Assembly (NCBI GenBank): GCA_049472315.1
Contig: JBLIRN010000012.1
Coordinates: 11,656 to 75,655 of the forward strand
DNA from: a bacterium
GTDB taxonomy: Bacteria; SZUA-182; DTGQ01; JAFGSM01
Direction: 5' to 3'
DNA length: 64,000 nt
Shown here: positions 26,775 through 37,038 of the stretch, piece by piece
How positions within the stretch are numbered: position 1 is the first letter of the stretch
How the letters are laid out: each line of letters starts with the position of its first letter
Notes under the pieces: model-generated
What the model was told of the DNA's origin: nothing
Seen by the model: the letters and a program-made list of their open reading frames with translations, nothing else
Databases searched by the model: none
Program-made: the position numbers and the translations under genes

Positions 26775-29207
26775 TCAGGCCTTTCTTCGCTCATTGTTGC
26801 TCAGCGCCAAATCAATCGCCTCATCAACGCGTTCGATGTAGGAAAACTTGATTCCCTTCAGGAGTTCCCTCGGAATCTCCTTGACATCCAGGCGATTCTG
26901 TGCAGGGAGAATCACCCGTTTTATCCCTTCCCTCTTTGCAGCAAGCACCTTCTCACGAATTCCACCGACCGGCAGCACCAGTCCGGAAAGTGTCACCTCC
27001 CCGGTCATGGCAATGTCCTTGCTCACCGGCCGTCCAGTCAGGGCGGATGTAATTGCAGTCGCAATTGCAACCCCCGCCGAAGGGCCATCCTTCGGTATGG
27101 CGCCTGCGGGGATATGGACGTGAAGATCCATCTTTTCGAAGAATCCCTTTTCGATATCGTATTTTTCTGAAACCGACCGGACGAACGAGAGGGCCGCCTT
27201 GACCGATTCCTGCATGACCTCACCGAGTTGCCCGGTAATTTCAAGCCCCTTTTTCCCGGGCATCTTGATGATCTCTATGAAAAGTATCTCTCCGCCGCTT
27301 TCGGTCCATGCCAGTCCGGTGGCAACGCCGGGCACCGAGGTCCTTCGAGCGGTCTCATGGAATACCTTCTTGGAGCCGAGAAATCGCGACACGTTTTTCG
27401 AGGTTACCCGAGCACGCTCCTGTTCATCGGTGGCGACCTTATAGGCCACCTTACGGCAAATCCGGGCAATTTGCCGCTCCAGGTTCCTCACCCCTGCCTC
27501 CTGGGTATAGTGCGAGATGATTGTTTCGATACCCTTATCCTCGAACACGAGTTGCCCTGATTTGAGCCCGTGGGCATCAAGCTGCTTCGGGACGAGGTAC
27601 CGTTTGGCAATGGCCACCTTTTCCTCGTTGATATATCCCGGAAGGAACATCACCTCCATTCGGTCCCTGAGGGCAGGTTGGATCGGCTGGATGAGGTTCC
27701 CCGTAGCGATGAATATCACCTGGGAAAGGTCAAAGGGGAGGTCGAGGTAGTGATCAATAAAGGACTTGTTCTGCTCGGGATCCAGAACCTCAAGAAGTGC
27801 GGACGAGGGATCACCGCGAAAGTCCGCCCCCACCTTGTCGATCTCGTCCAGCATGAATATGGGGTTCTTGGTGCCCGCCCGTTTGACGCTCTGGATGATC
27901 CTTCCCGGGAGGGCTCCCACATATGTGCGCCGGTGTCCCCGAATTGCAGCCTCATCATGAACCCCCCCCAATGATACGCGTATGAATTTCCTCCCCAATG
28001 CGCGGGCGATCGACTGACCGAGGGAGGTCTTGCCCACCCCGGGAGGGCCTATGAAACAGAGTATCTGCCCCTTTGCATCCTCCTTGAGTTTGCGTACAGC
28101 AAGGTACTCGACGATGCGCTCCTTCACCTCGTCAAGTCCGTAATGGTCTGCATCCAGGATGTTTCGTGCCTTTTTCAGATCAAGGTCATCAACGGTCGCC
28201 TCCATCCAGGGGAGGTCCAGGATCCATTCCAGGTAGGTGCGAATGACGTAGTATTCCGGCGCAGCGCTCGGCATGCCTTCCATCCTCTTCAGTTCCTTAT
28301 CCGCGACCTCCCTGACCTCCTCCGGGAGATGCTTCTTGGCGATGCGGTCCATGAGCTCAAGGACCTCGGATTCTTGTGAGCTTGCCTCACCGAGCTCCTT
28401 TTTGATTGCCTTCATCTGCTCCCTCAGGAAATACTCCCTCTGGGTCTTTGAAAGCTCTCCGGCGACCTCGGACTCGATCTTTCCCCCAATCTCGAGGATC
28501 TTCTCCTCCTTGTTGAGGATGGCCAGCAGGGTCTCCATCTTCTTCTCGAAATCATTGATGGTCAAGATTCGTTGTTTCTGCTCCGGCTTCATATTCGTTA
28601 CCGAGGTGATCATATAGACGAGGGAAAAGGGATCGGAGATGTTCTCCACGGCAACCGCGATCTCGTCGGGAAGGTAGGAAGCAAGGCCAACCACTCCTTT
28701 GAACTTCTCGATGATCGCCCTTCTGAGGGCTTCCACCCGATCCGTCGCCGAAAAGGTCTCATCGAGGATCTCCACCCGCGCCATATAATAGCCGTCGCTT
28801 TTATAGATCTCCTGCGCCTTTATCCGTTTCAGGCCCTGGACCATCACCCGAAGCGTCTGATCCGGCATTCTCAGCATCTTCAATATGCCCACGGCGGTGC
28901 CTATGGGATGCACGTCCTCCAGATCGAGCTCTTCCTTTTCTTCATGGCCCGATTTAAGGAGAAAGGCAGCCAGGATATTCGCCCCATCCATGGCCTTTTG
29001 AACACCGAGAATTGATCGCTTCTTACCGATCACCAGAGGGGCCACCATGGAAGGGAAAATCACCGTATTGATGAGGGGCTGAAGGGGCAGGTCCGATGGA
29101 ATATGCTCAAATCGTCCCCCCTGCCCTGTCTCGATATCCAATAATTCCTCTGTTTCGTCTCCCTTGATTGCTATGCTCGATTTTTCTTTATCATCATCCT
29201 TGTGCAA
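26775..29207 (-). CDS. lon: Lon ATP-dependent protease (second paralog)
   Basis: Lon N domain, GPPGVGKTS, RGHRRTYVGA, PKDGPSAG. Confidence 0.95.
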   Translation of the reverse strand: MHKDDDKEKSSIAIKGDETEELLDIETGQGGRFEHIPSDLPLQPLINTVIFPSMVAPLVIGKKRSILGVQKAMDGANILAAFLLKSGHEEKEELDLEDVHPIGTAVGILKMLRMPDQTLRVMVQGLKRIKAQEIYKSDGYYMARVEILDETFSATDRVEALRRAIIEKFKGVVGLASYLPDEIAVAVENISDPFSLVYMITSVTNMKPEQKQRILTINDFEKKMETLLAILNKEEKILEIGGKIESEVAGELSKTQREYFLREQMKAIKKELGEASSQESEVLELMDRIAKKHLPEEVREVADKELKRMEGMPSAAPEYYVIRTYLEWILDLPWMEATVDDLDLKKARNILDADHYGLDEVKERIVEYLAVRKLKEDAKGQILCFIGPPGVGKTSLGQSIARALGRKFIRVSLGGVHDEAAIRGHRRTYVGALPGRIIQSVKRAGTKNPIFMLDEIDKVGADFRGDPSSALLEVLDPEQNKSFIDHYLDLPFDLSQVIFIATGNLIQPIQPALRDRMEVMFLPGYINEEKVAIAKRYLVPKQLDAHGLKSGQLVFEDKGIETIISHYTQEAGVRNLERQIARICRKVAYKVATDEQERARVTSKNVSRFLGSKKVFHETARRTSVPGVATGLAWTESGGEILFIEIIKMPGKKGLEITGQLGEVMQESVKAALSFVRSVSEKYDIEKGFFEKMDLHVHIPAGAIPKDGPSAGVAIATAITSALTGRPVSKDIAMTGEVTLSGLVLPVGGIREKVLAAKREGIKRVILPAQNRLDVKEIPRELLKGIKFSYIERVDEAIDLALSNNERRKA

Positions 29208-29210
29208 TGG

Positions 29211-29564
29211 TTATATCCTCCCCATAATTTTTCTCTTCGGGACATGGATAGTCAGGATTCCTTTATCACAACGGGCATCAATCTCTGTCTCCACAACAGG
29301 GGTATCAAACCGAATATATCGATAAAAATTCCCATATTCCATCTCCAACTGGCAACACACATAGCTTCGCGTCTGAGGGCATCTCTTCCGGGTGCCGCTG
29401 ATGCTCAAGACACCCTCCTCGAACACCACCCTTAATTGCTCCTTCTCTATGCCTGCCACTTCCATTTCTATTACAAATTCATCTTCAGATTCAAACACAT
29501 TGACAGGGGGCTGCCAATCCTGGTTACCCTGGAGATGGAAAAGTGTGTACAAAATGTCAGTCAC
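29211..29564 (-). CDS. Hsp20/alpha-crystallin family protein
   Basis: WQPPVNVFE, EMEYGNFYR, GILTIHVPK. Confidence 0.88.
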   Translation of the reverse strand: MTDILYTLFHLQGNQDWQPPVNVFESEDEFVIEMEVAGIEKEQLRVVFEEGVLSISGTRKRCPQTRSYVCCQLEMEYGNFYRYIRFDTPVVETEIDARCDKGILTIHVPKRKIMGRI

Positions 29565-29565
29565 A

Positions 29566-29811
29566 TTACTTCTCCTCTCTTACCTTAGGATTCCGTCTTG
29601 TCAGAGCAACAATGAAGGGAATCCCAAACCACCCGATAATAAGCCCAATGATCAAAGGAACCAGAATGACGAGGGCCTTCGAGGTGTAAATACTCCAGAA
29701 AAACAGCTTGATGTCCACCTCCTGCGTATTCTGGAGGGTGAATATGACCAGGAGTAAAAGGAGCCCTATGATGAGCAGAAGCTTGACAATAATCCTCGTA
29801 TTTCTCTCCAT
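29566..29811 (-). CDS. LapA (DUF1049) family membrane protein
   Basis: Two TM segments around FTLQNTQEVDIKLFFW. Confidence 0.8.
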   Translation of the reverse strand: MERNTRIIVKLLLIIGLLLLLVIFTLQNTQEVDIKLFFWSIYTSKALVILVPLIIGLIIGWFGIPFIVALTRRNPKVREEK

Positions 29812-29997
29812 CTGATCCCTCCTCACACCTCATTGCATTTAGAGGCCCTTGCAGTTAAAAAAAATTACTATAAAAAATACTTCTCACAAACCACTATATT
29901 AAATTTTTTAGCCAATTATCTGTCTTTATATACGTTCAGCCCCTCGTTGTGATCGAAGGATCATGGGTCTTGGCATGCTTGTATAAAAAATTTCCGG

Positions 29998-30468
29998 TCA
30001 ATATCTGAGCGTGGCCGTAATCCTCTTCGGGAAAAGGAGGAGGTCCAAGCCCGTACAGGCATCCGGCACACAGATGTCCGCGGCCTTCAAGGCAGCCGTG
30101 CAGGTGCCCTCCTTGCCCAGCACTGCAATGCCCAGGCAGGCCCTTTCAAGCATCTGGACATCATTTGCACCATTACCCATTGCGGCAGTATGCCCACACC
30201 CCATCCGTTCCAACAGGATCCTCTTGCGATCGGCCTCCTCACCCGGGGGTATCTTCTGGATTTTCACCGGCAGTCCCGAACAGCTCGTTTCTACGAGCCC
30301 GAAGGTATCGGCAGTCACAATGTGAATATTCACCAGATGCGACAACGAAACAAGGCGTCCATCGACTCCGTCCACGAGGTTGCCGTCCAAGGCGATCGTT
30401 CCGTTAAAATCCAGAACCAGGTTGTCAATCTCTATGGTCTTGAATCCCGGGATCTCTATGCGAATCAT
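29998..30468 (-). CDS. HAD-superfamily hydrolase (soluble P-type ATPase-like)
   Basis: DFNGTIA, TADTFG, GNGANDVQML, RITATLR. Confidence 0.9.
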   Translation of the reverse strand: MIRIEIPGFKTIEIDNLVLDFNGTIALDGNLVDGVDGRLVSLSHLVNIHIVTADTFGLVETSCSGLPVKIQKIPPGEEADRKRILLERMGCGHTAAMGNGANDVQMLERACLGIAVLGKEGTCTAALKAADICVPDACTGLDLLLFPKRITATLRY

Positions 30469-30686
30469 ACCCTCTCCTTATGTGCAGTAAACGAACATGT
30501 ATGGGCAAGACAGCCGTAATACCATGCAATAGGCTGCGGCAGAATCGGTGGAGTCTCCAGTGCTTTCATGATAATATGTTACTATTATACTGTACAAGTT
30601 CAATCATTGAAAGATAAACAATGCCATCCATTTTCATGACCCATAACTGCTCAATGCATTGTGCATGGGAAAAGGGGATGCCCCAA

Positions 30687-30881
30687 CAAAACTTTGTCAG
30701 GCGGAGCGAAGCGGAGCACTATGCCGCCCTCCCGGTTACCTGTAAGGTCCGCTTCGGGAAGTCCTGCAACCAAACTTTGTTAGGCGGAGCGAAGCGGAGC
30801 ACTATGCTGCCCCTTCCGTTGATGTAAAGGGCCAGAGACCACGCCCCAAAACCTGGTTGGCCGAAGCGAACCGGAGGAACC
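30687..30881 (+). repeat. REP-like repeat family, cluster 2
   Basis: caaactttgt(c/t)aggcggagcgaagcggagcact twice plus a degenerate third copy, separated by atgcYgccc... linkers. Confidence 0.85.
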
Positions 30882-30933
30882 ATGCTCTTGCGGCACAATA
30901 GAGGGCCTGCAAACTATGCCAAGCAAACCTCGT

Positions 30934-31902
30934 ATGGTGACTGACCAGGACAACAGTCGAACGACATGGACGGTGACCTCCGATCAGGCAGGGACGCGGC
31001 TGGACGTATACCTTACCCGCCTCCCCTTCAACATGTCTCGAAGTCACTGGAAACGCTTGATCGAAAAGGGATTCATCACAATCGAGGGGCAAGCGACACA
31101 TCCAAGCTATGCGGTGAGGACCGGGGATATCCTGGAGATCACCATTCCCCCTCCTGAACCGTCCACCATGGAACCGGAGGCGATATGCCTCGACATCGTC
31201 TATGAGGATGACGCCCTTCTGGTGCTGAACAAACCGGTGGGCATGGTGGTCCATCCGGGGGCCGGACATTCACGACACACCCTGGCCAACGCAGTCCTGC
31301 ATCACTGTCCAGATTTGACAGGAATCGGCGGCACAAGGAGGCCGGGGATCGTCCACAGGCTTGACAAGGATACCTCGGGACTCCTTGTCGTGGCAAAGAC
31401 CGAATTCGCTCACCACTCCCTGTGCGCCCAGATAAAGGAAAGACAGGTAAAACGCATGTACATGGCGCTCGTGCACGGCATCTTCGATCAGAACGAAGGG
31501 AGGATACGCACCCTCATCGGCCGGCATCCCGTGCATCGGCAACGAATGTCCATTCATGTTCGCGTGGGCAGGGAGGCAATCACGGATTGGCGGGTGACGG
31601 AACGGTTCGCACAGTTCACACTCGTCGAGGTCCGGCTTCACACCGGGCGCACCCACCAGATCAGGGTGCACATGTCCCACCTCCATCATCCGGTGGTCGG
31701 CGACAGGGTATACGGACGAGGGAGGCTTCCCGCGGAATGTCCGCAAGGGCTCAGGGAGGCGATCGCCGCCCTCCCCGGCCAAGCCCTTCATGCGTTCTCT
31801 TTATGCTTTCGTCATCCCCTGTCCGGCGAGACTATGGAATTTTCCGCCCCCCTTCCCCCTGCAATGCAGGGCATTCTGGATATTCTGCGCAACACCGGAT
31901 AA
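30934..31902 (+). CDS. rluD: RluA/RluD family pseudouridine synthase
   Basis: S4 domain, NKPVGMVVHPG, VHRLDKDTSG, TGRTHQIRVH; start uncertain. Confidence 0.9.
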   Translation: MVTDQDNSRTTWTVTSDQAGTRLDVYLTRLPFNMSRSHWKRLIEKGFITIEGQATHPSYAVRTGDILEITIPPPEPSTMEPEAICLDIVYEDDALLVLNKPVGMVVHPGAGHSRHTLANAVLHHCPDLTGIGGTRRPGIVHRLDKDTSGLLVVAKTEFAHHSLCAQIKERQVKRMYMALVHGIFDQNEGRIRTLIGRHPVHRQRMSIHVRVGREAITDWRVTERFAQFTLVEVRLHTGRTHQIRVHMSHLHHPVVGDRVYGRGRLPAECPQGLREAIAALPGQALHAFSLCFRHPLSGETMEFSAPLPPAMQGILDILRNTG

Positions 31903-32084
31903 CGTCCGTATTTTCGTTCCCACGCAGGAGTGCCCAGCAATTCCAATTTTGGACCTTCAGGTCAGGAGCATGAGCAGATATAGTTACTTCGCTGGACGGG
32001 CAGGCTTTTTTAATTTTCTAAGCTCGCTCCGCTACAGTGCGCAAACTTGCTTCGCTCGGACATGCGCAATGTTATACGCTTCAC

Positions 32085-32205
32085 CCAAACTTTGTCAGGC
32101 GAAGCGAAGCGCAGCCACTAACAAAGCTTGCCAGGCGCAGCGAAGCGAAGCCACTATGTTGCCCTCCCAGTTACCTTTAAGCCCCGCTTCAGGAAACGTC
32201 CAACC
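32085..32205 (+). repeat. REP-like repeat family, cluster 3
   Basis: Two units ccaaactttgtcaggcgaagcgaagcgcagccact plus linker atgttgccctcccagttacc... Confidence 0.8.
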
Positions 32206-32321
32206 TCCCTATGCCGCTCCGTAACCATGTCTGCTCACAGCGACGCAACGTTAAAATGAGAATTGCCGGGTGAGCCCGGCGCCGCTTTACTCATCCCCGG
32301 TCCTGTGCTAAAGTAGGTGCC

Positions 32322-32813
32322 GTGTATACAGCGGGAATCATAACCATCAGCGACAAAGGGGCATCGGGCCAGAGGGAGGATCGAAGCGGCCCCGCGCTCA
32401 AGAAGGCCCTGGAGGCAGCTGACATCACTGTGGCGTTCATGAGGATCGTTCCGGACGATGTTGATCGCATCAGGGAAGCCCTCCTCGAATTGTGCGATAT
32501 GCACAAGCTCGATCTCATCCTCACCACAGGAGGCACCGGGCTTTCTCCGAGGGACGTCACCCCGGAGGCAACGGGTATGGTGATTGAAAGACATGCCCCG
32601 GGTTTTTCAGAGGCCATCAGGTCAGAGGGGCTCAAGGTGACACCCCATGCAATGATCTCCAGGGGAATGAGCGGCGTTCGTGCAAGCACCCTGATTATCA
32701 ACCTGCCGGGGAGTCCCAAAGGGGCACAAGAGGGCCTCGAAGCCGTACTCCCTGCCATTCCCCATGCCCTCTCCAAGCTCAAAGGCGACCCTGCCGAGTG
32801 TTGCCGGGAATAA
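32322..32813 (+). CDS. mog: Molybdopterin adenylyltransferase MogA/MoaB family
   Basis: ITISD, DRSG, TTGGTGLSPRDVTPEA, NLPGSPKG. Confidence 0.92.
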   Translation: MYTAGIITISDKGASGQREDRSGPALKKALEAADITVAFMRIVPDDVDRIREALLELCDMHKLDLILTTGGTGLSPRDVTPEATGMVIERHAPGFSEAIRSEGLKVTPHAMISRGMSGVRASTLIINLPGSPKGAQEGLEAVLPAIPHALSKLKGDPAECCRE

Positions 32814-32821
32814 TCATCCCC

Positions 32822-33802
32822 ATGCCATTCAAGGATATTATAGGCCATGAGCGGGTTATCAACCTGCTCAGGCAATCGGTGAGGCAGGAGCGAATCCCCC
32901 ATGCCCTCCTGTTTGCAGGACCCGAAGGGATCGGGAAACGGCTGACCGCCTGGGGACTTGCAAAGGCCCTTCTCTGCCGCCAATTGACCGATGACTATTG
33001 TGACCAATGCCCGTCATGCCGCAGGATAATCCAGGGGAACCATCCGGATGTAACGATCATCAAACCGGAGAACAATTCCATCAAGATCGAACAGTTGCGG
33101 GAGTGGCAAAGGGAATTGGAATCAAAGAGCTATGCAGGGTCCTGGAGGATTACCATCATCGACCAGGCCGAGAGGATCACCCTTGGTGCGGCCAATTCAA
33201 TCCTCAAGATACTGGAGGAGCCGCCGGAGAATACCCTTATCTGCCTGATAGCGGTGGAGCCGAGAAATATCCTGCCCACCATCCTCTCCCGGTGCCAGAC
33301 CGTGAGGTTCCAGCCCCTTTCCCGGACCGATTTCATACGGATCGTACAGGAAAAAGGGGGATTGAATGAGGCCCAGGCGGGTCTCATGTATACCCTTTCC
33401 AAAGGCCAACTCTCACGAGCCCTCAATGTGGACGTTGCTGCCTTCTGCACCCTGCGGGAACAGTGGCGAGATCGTATGATCCCGCCCATGCACGAGGAAA
33501 CATGGCACCAACTGGATCAGGCCTCGCTTGCGGAGGGGCTGGGAATTATCGTACATTGGTGGAGGGATCTCCTGCTCATCCGGATGGGAATCGAAGGGCC
33601 ATGGATCACCAATCAGGACAGTCTGCAGGAGCTGCAAAGGGAGGCGGCGCATCTTTCACCAGGCATCATTCGTTCCAGAATCGATCTCATTCTCCGGACC
33701 ATGGAGGCGATCGACAGAAATGCCAATATACGCATGCTGATTGATTCCTTTCTGATGGAATGGCGCAATGTGCCTGTCCTGCAGCACCTTAATCCTCTCT
33801 GA
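32822..33802 (+). CDS. holB: DNA polymerase III delta' subunit
   Basis: HALLFAGPEGIGK, Zn-finger CDQCPSC, HPD, LKILEEPP, TILSRC. Confidence 0.93.
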   Translation: MPFKDIIGHERVINLLRQSVRQERIPHALLFAGPEGIGKRLTAWGLAKALLCRQLTDDYCDQCPSCRRIIQGNHPDVTIIKPENNSIKIEQLREWQRELESKSYAGSWRITIIDQAERITLGAANSILKILEEPPENTLICLIAVEPRNILPTILSRCQTVRFQPLSRTDFIRIVQEKGGLNEAQAGLMYTLSKGQLSRALNVDVAAFCTLREQWRDRMIPPMHEETWHQLDQASLAEGLGIIVHWWRDLLLIRMGIEGPWITNQDSLQELQREAAHLSPGIIRSRIDLILRTMEAIDRNANIRMLIDSFLMEWRNVPVLQHLNPL

Positions 33803-34080
33803 AGAAATGGCGGCGGAGATGTGTATGGAGATGATCCTCAGGATAGTGCCCGGAGCATTCCATGTGGACCTGCAGGACGGATGGGTGGGAGGACATGGTG
33901 CCCCCAATGACACAATGCCGAAATCAGAACTGCCGTACACAATCAGCAATGGATTGATTCACGAGTGCTACAATGAGATAATATGAAAGGTCTGCCGATT
34001 AAAATGGTAGGACGGTTTCCTTCACTAAACTGCATGCTCGATTGAAGCCGCGGTGAATAAACCCTCGCAATAGGCGACGG

Positions 34081-34932
34081 ATGAAGAATAGCTCTCAGAT
34101 GATTGACATTGTTGGCATCAAGTTTGAAAAGACCGGCAAGATCCACGACTATAATCCAAACGGTCTGGAGTTGAAGCTCTACGACTGGTGCATTGTCGAG
34201 ATCGACAAAGGGCTTGAGTTCGGCTGCGTTGCCCGAACCCTGCAGCATGTGCCCAAAAAACCGACCAAAAAACCGCTCAAGAAGGTCATTCGCGTGGCGA
34301 CGAACCAGGATCTCGAACAAATCATGCGCAACAGGGAGATCGGACAGCGGGCCAAGTCCATCTGCAACAGGAAGATCCAGGAGCGTAACCTTCCCATGAA
34401 ACTCATCAGGGTCAATTACACCTTCGACGGAAATAAGGCCATATTCTATTTCACCGCCGAGGGGAGGATCGACTTCCGTGACCTGGTCAAGGATCTGGCG
34501 AACGAATTCAAAACACGCATTGAGATGCGGCAGATCGGGGTCAGGGATGAGGCCAAGATCATCGGGGGGCTGGGATGCTGCGGACGTGAGCTATGCTGTA
34601 CCCAGTTTCTGAGGGATTTTGATCCGGTGTCCATCAAGATGGCCAAGGACCAGAACCTGACCCTCAACCCGAACAAGATATCGGGTATCTGCGGACGTCT
34701 TATGTGTTGCCTTAGTTTTGAACATACCACCTACCTGGAGATGAAGACAAAGCTGCCCAAAACCGGGGAACGTGCAGAGTTCAACGGTGAGGAGGGAAAG
34801 GTCTCCGCCCTGGATATCCTCAATGAGACAATCTATGTGGAGCTTCCGGAGGCGAGGATCGTCAAGATCAAATCCCCTGTGTTCAAGAATGGCAGGTGGA
34901 TGGCCCCTGAGCGCGGGGGCAAGGAGCGTTAG
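34081..34932 (+). CDS. PSP1 domain / RicT (YaaT) family protein
   Basis: RIDFRDLVKDLA, RQIGVRDEAK, CGRELCC, CGRLMCCL; follows holB. Confidence 0.92.
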   Translation: MKNSSQMIDIVGIKFEKTGKIHDYNPNGLELKLYDWCIVEIDKGLEFGCVARTLQHVPKKPTKKPLKKVIRVATNQDLEQIMRNREIGQRAKSICNRKIQERNLPMKLIRVNYTFDGNKAIFYFTAEGRIDFRDLVKDLANEFKTRIEMRQIGVRDEAKIIGGLGCCGRELCCTQFLRDFDPVSIKMAKDQNLTLNPNKISGICGRLMCCLSFEHTTYLEMKTKLPKTGERAEFNGEEGKVSALDILNETIYVELPEARIVKIKSPVFKNGRWMAPERGGKER

Positions 34933-35770
34933 CCAGCCGATCGAACAGGACATTGCTCAGACGGGCGAAATCCTCCAGGTGCAACACCTCGGCCCTCACC
35001 CTTCGCTCACATCCTATCCCCTGAACGATCTCCTCCATATCAAGGGGATCGAATTGCGGATCAAGCCTCAAGGCATTGACGAGCGTTTTACGCCGATGCC
35101 TGAATCCTGACTGGATAATGCGGAAAAGGAGATGTTCGTCTTTCACCTCAACGGGCGGATTTGATCGTGGCCTGAGACGAATGACGCTCGATTCGACGCG
35201 AGGTCTCGGTTTGAAAACACTCGGAGGGATATCGAACAGATAGTCTGCCTCGGCACGATACTCCACGATCAGGCTTAAATACCCGTAAGCCTTTCCCGGT
35301 GGTCCGGCCACAATCCTTTCCGCCACCTCCTTCTGGACCATAAAAACCATTCTATGCAGACGTGTTCCCAGCAATAAAAGACGCTGAATGAGAGCGGTGG
35401 CCAGATAGTAGGGGAGATTTCCGAGGACCACCGGAGGTCGGGACAGGTCTGAGCAGAGACCAATGAAATCCACCCTCATTACATCCGCGTGCAGGATGGT
35501 AAACCGGTCGCTGATGCCCGCAATGCGATCATGCAAGGAGCGAACCAGGCGTTCATCCAGTTCAATCGCAATAACCCTGGATACCAGGTTGCTCAAGGGA
35601 ATGGTCAATGCGCCGAATCCTGCGCCTATCTCGATGACCTCGTCTTCCGGCCTCAGCTCCGCGCATTCCAGGATTCTTCGGGAGAAGGAGGGATCCACCA
35701 GGAAGTGCTGACCCCTCGGCTGCCGGGTGATGGATCTCCTGCCGGCAGCACTACGCCCCATGTTCCGCAT
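34883..35770 (-). CDS. rsmA: 16S rRNA adenine dimethyltransferase
   Basis: GQHFL, EIGAGFG, NLPYY, MVQKEVAER, RRKTL. Confidence 0.93.
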   Translation of the reverse strand: MRNMGRSAAGRRSITRQPRGQHFLVDPSFSRRILECAELRPEDEVIEIGAGFGALTIPLSNLVSRVIAIELDERLVRSLHDRIAGISDRFTILHADVMRVDFIGLCSDLSRPPVVLGNLPYYLATALIQRLLLLGTRLHRMVFMVQKEVAERIVAGPPGKAYGYLSLIVEYRAEADYLFDIPPSVFKPRPRVESSVIRLRPRSNPPVEVKDEHLLFRIIQSGFRHRRKTLVNALRLDPQFDPLDMEEIVQGIGCERRVRAEVLHLEDFARLSNVLFDRLANAPCPRAQGPSTCHS

Positions 35771-36758
35771 TCCACCTTCGATGAACGAGGTCCCTCGCCA
35801 TTCTGATTGCCTCATGAAGGCTGGACGGATCCGCCCACCCCTTCCAGGCGATGTCATACCCCGTGCCATGATCAACGGAGGTCCTGATGATGGGCAATCC
35901 CAGGGTGCAGTTCACCCCCTTGCCGAATGAGATCATCTTCAGCGGGATGAGACCCTGATCATGATACATGACCACCACCGCGTCAAATCTGCCGTCTTTG
36001 GCAAAGTGAAAAAGCGTATCGGAGGGATGGGGACCGCTCACGGTCATTCCCTTGCTGCGCGCCATGTCAATGGCAGGACGTATGTGCGTCTCTTCCTCGC
36101 TCCCGAAGAGCCCCCCCTCACCCCCATGGGGATTCAAGGCGGCCACTGCCAACTTCGGCGGATATCCCAGGTATCGCACCCACCACTCATGGCTGATCTC
36201 GAGGATGTCATAAATCCGCTCCTTGCTGATGAGATGGGGCACCGCTGCCAAGGCGCAGTGGGTGGTCACCAGTATGACCCTCAACGATCCCCCCGCCAGC
36301 ATCATGGCAAAACGCTTTGTATTGGTCAGCTCCGCGAGATACTCCGTGTGACCGGGATAGGGATATCCACCCATATGGATGGCCTCCTTTGATATGGGCG
36401 CGGTAATGACCGCCGCCACCCTGCCTTCCATCGCCAATTCCACCGCGGTACGGATATACCGGATGGAGGCCCTTCCCCCTTCCGCAGTGGGACCCCGTTC
36501 GCTGAGATCTCCAGCCGGCACATCCGATGCACAGTGAAGCACCGGTATCCCGGGCCGGGAGGGATCAACCTCATCCACCGACGCAGCAGAATAAAGCGGC
36601 TTTCCAGGTGCAAAGCGTTCCTGCGCCCGCTGAAGGATCGGGTAATCGCCCACCACCATGAGGTCGCCGGTTTCCTCCTCCTCATGAATGGCCTTGACAA
36701 TCACCTCAGGGCCTATGCCGAAGGGATCTCCCATGGTAATGGCCATGGTATTCTTCAT
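35751..36758 (-). CDS. pdxA: 4-hydroxythreonine-4-phosphate dehydrogenase
   Basis: TMGDPFGIGPE, GHTEYL, LNPH, MYHDQG, RTSVDHGT. Confidence 0.95.
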   Translation of the reverse strand: MKNTMAITMGDPFGIGPEVIVKAIHEEEETGDLMVVGDYPILQRAQERFAPGKPLYSAASVDEVDPSRPGIPVLHCASDVPAGDLSERGPTAEGGRASIRYIRTAVELAMEGRVAAVITAPISKEAIHMGGYPYPGHTEYLAELTNTKRFAMMLAGGSLRVILVTTHCALAAVPHLISKERIYDILEISHEWWVRYLGYPPKLAVAALNPHGGEGGLFGSEEETHIRPAIDMARSKGMTVSGPHPSDTLFHFAKDGRFDAVVVMYHDQGLIPLKMISFGKGVNCTLGLPIIRTSVDHGTGYDIAWKGWADPSSLHEAIRMARDLVHRRWNAEHGA

Positions 36759-36979
36759 TGCAGTTCATCCATCGCGAATCCCTGAGAGATCCGCCGCATA
36801 TCAATCCCCATACGGGCGGATAATACCATATTACGTCGTCAGTATAGTAAAATCGCGATGATTCGTCAAAGATTGATATCTCAATTTATTAAGACAATTT
36901 GGGAGGAAGGAGGTCTGCGGATGAGCGCTACAGGCTGTCAGAGTGGGAGCCGGAATGGAAGGGCATTCCCCTTCCGGCA

Positions 36980-37038
36980 ATACATCGTGCTAATCAGCCG
37001 CTCAGCTTTTTGCGTCGGCGGCATTAGTCTTATTGGGT
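36980..37038 (-). mobile_element. Degenerate integron attC site (59 bp)
   Basis: Minus strand ACCCAAT-AAGAC-TAATGCCGCCGACGCAAAAAGCTGAGCGGCTGATTA-GCAC-GATGTAT; imperfect palindrome with decayed R'' and R' boxes, overlapping the HEPN gene stop. Confidence 0.65.
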
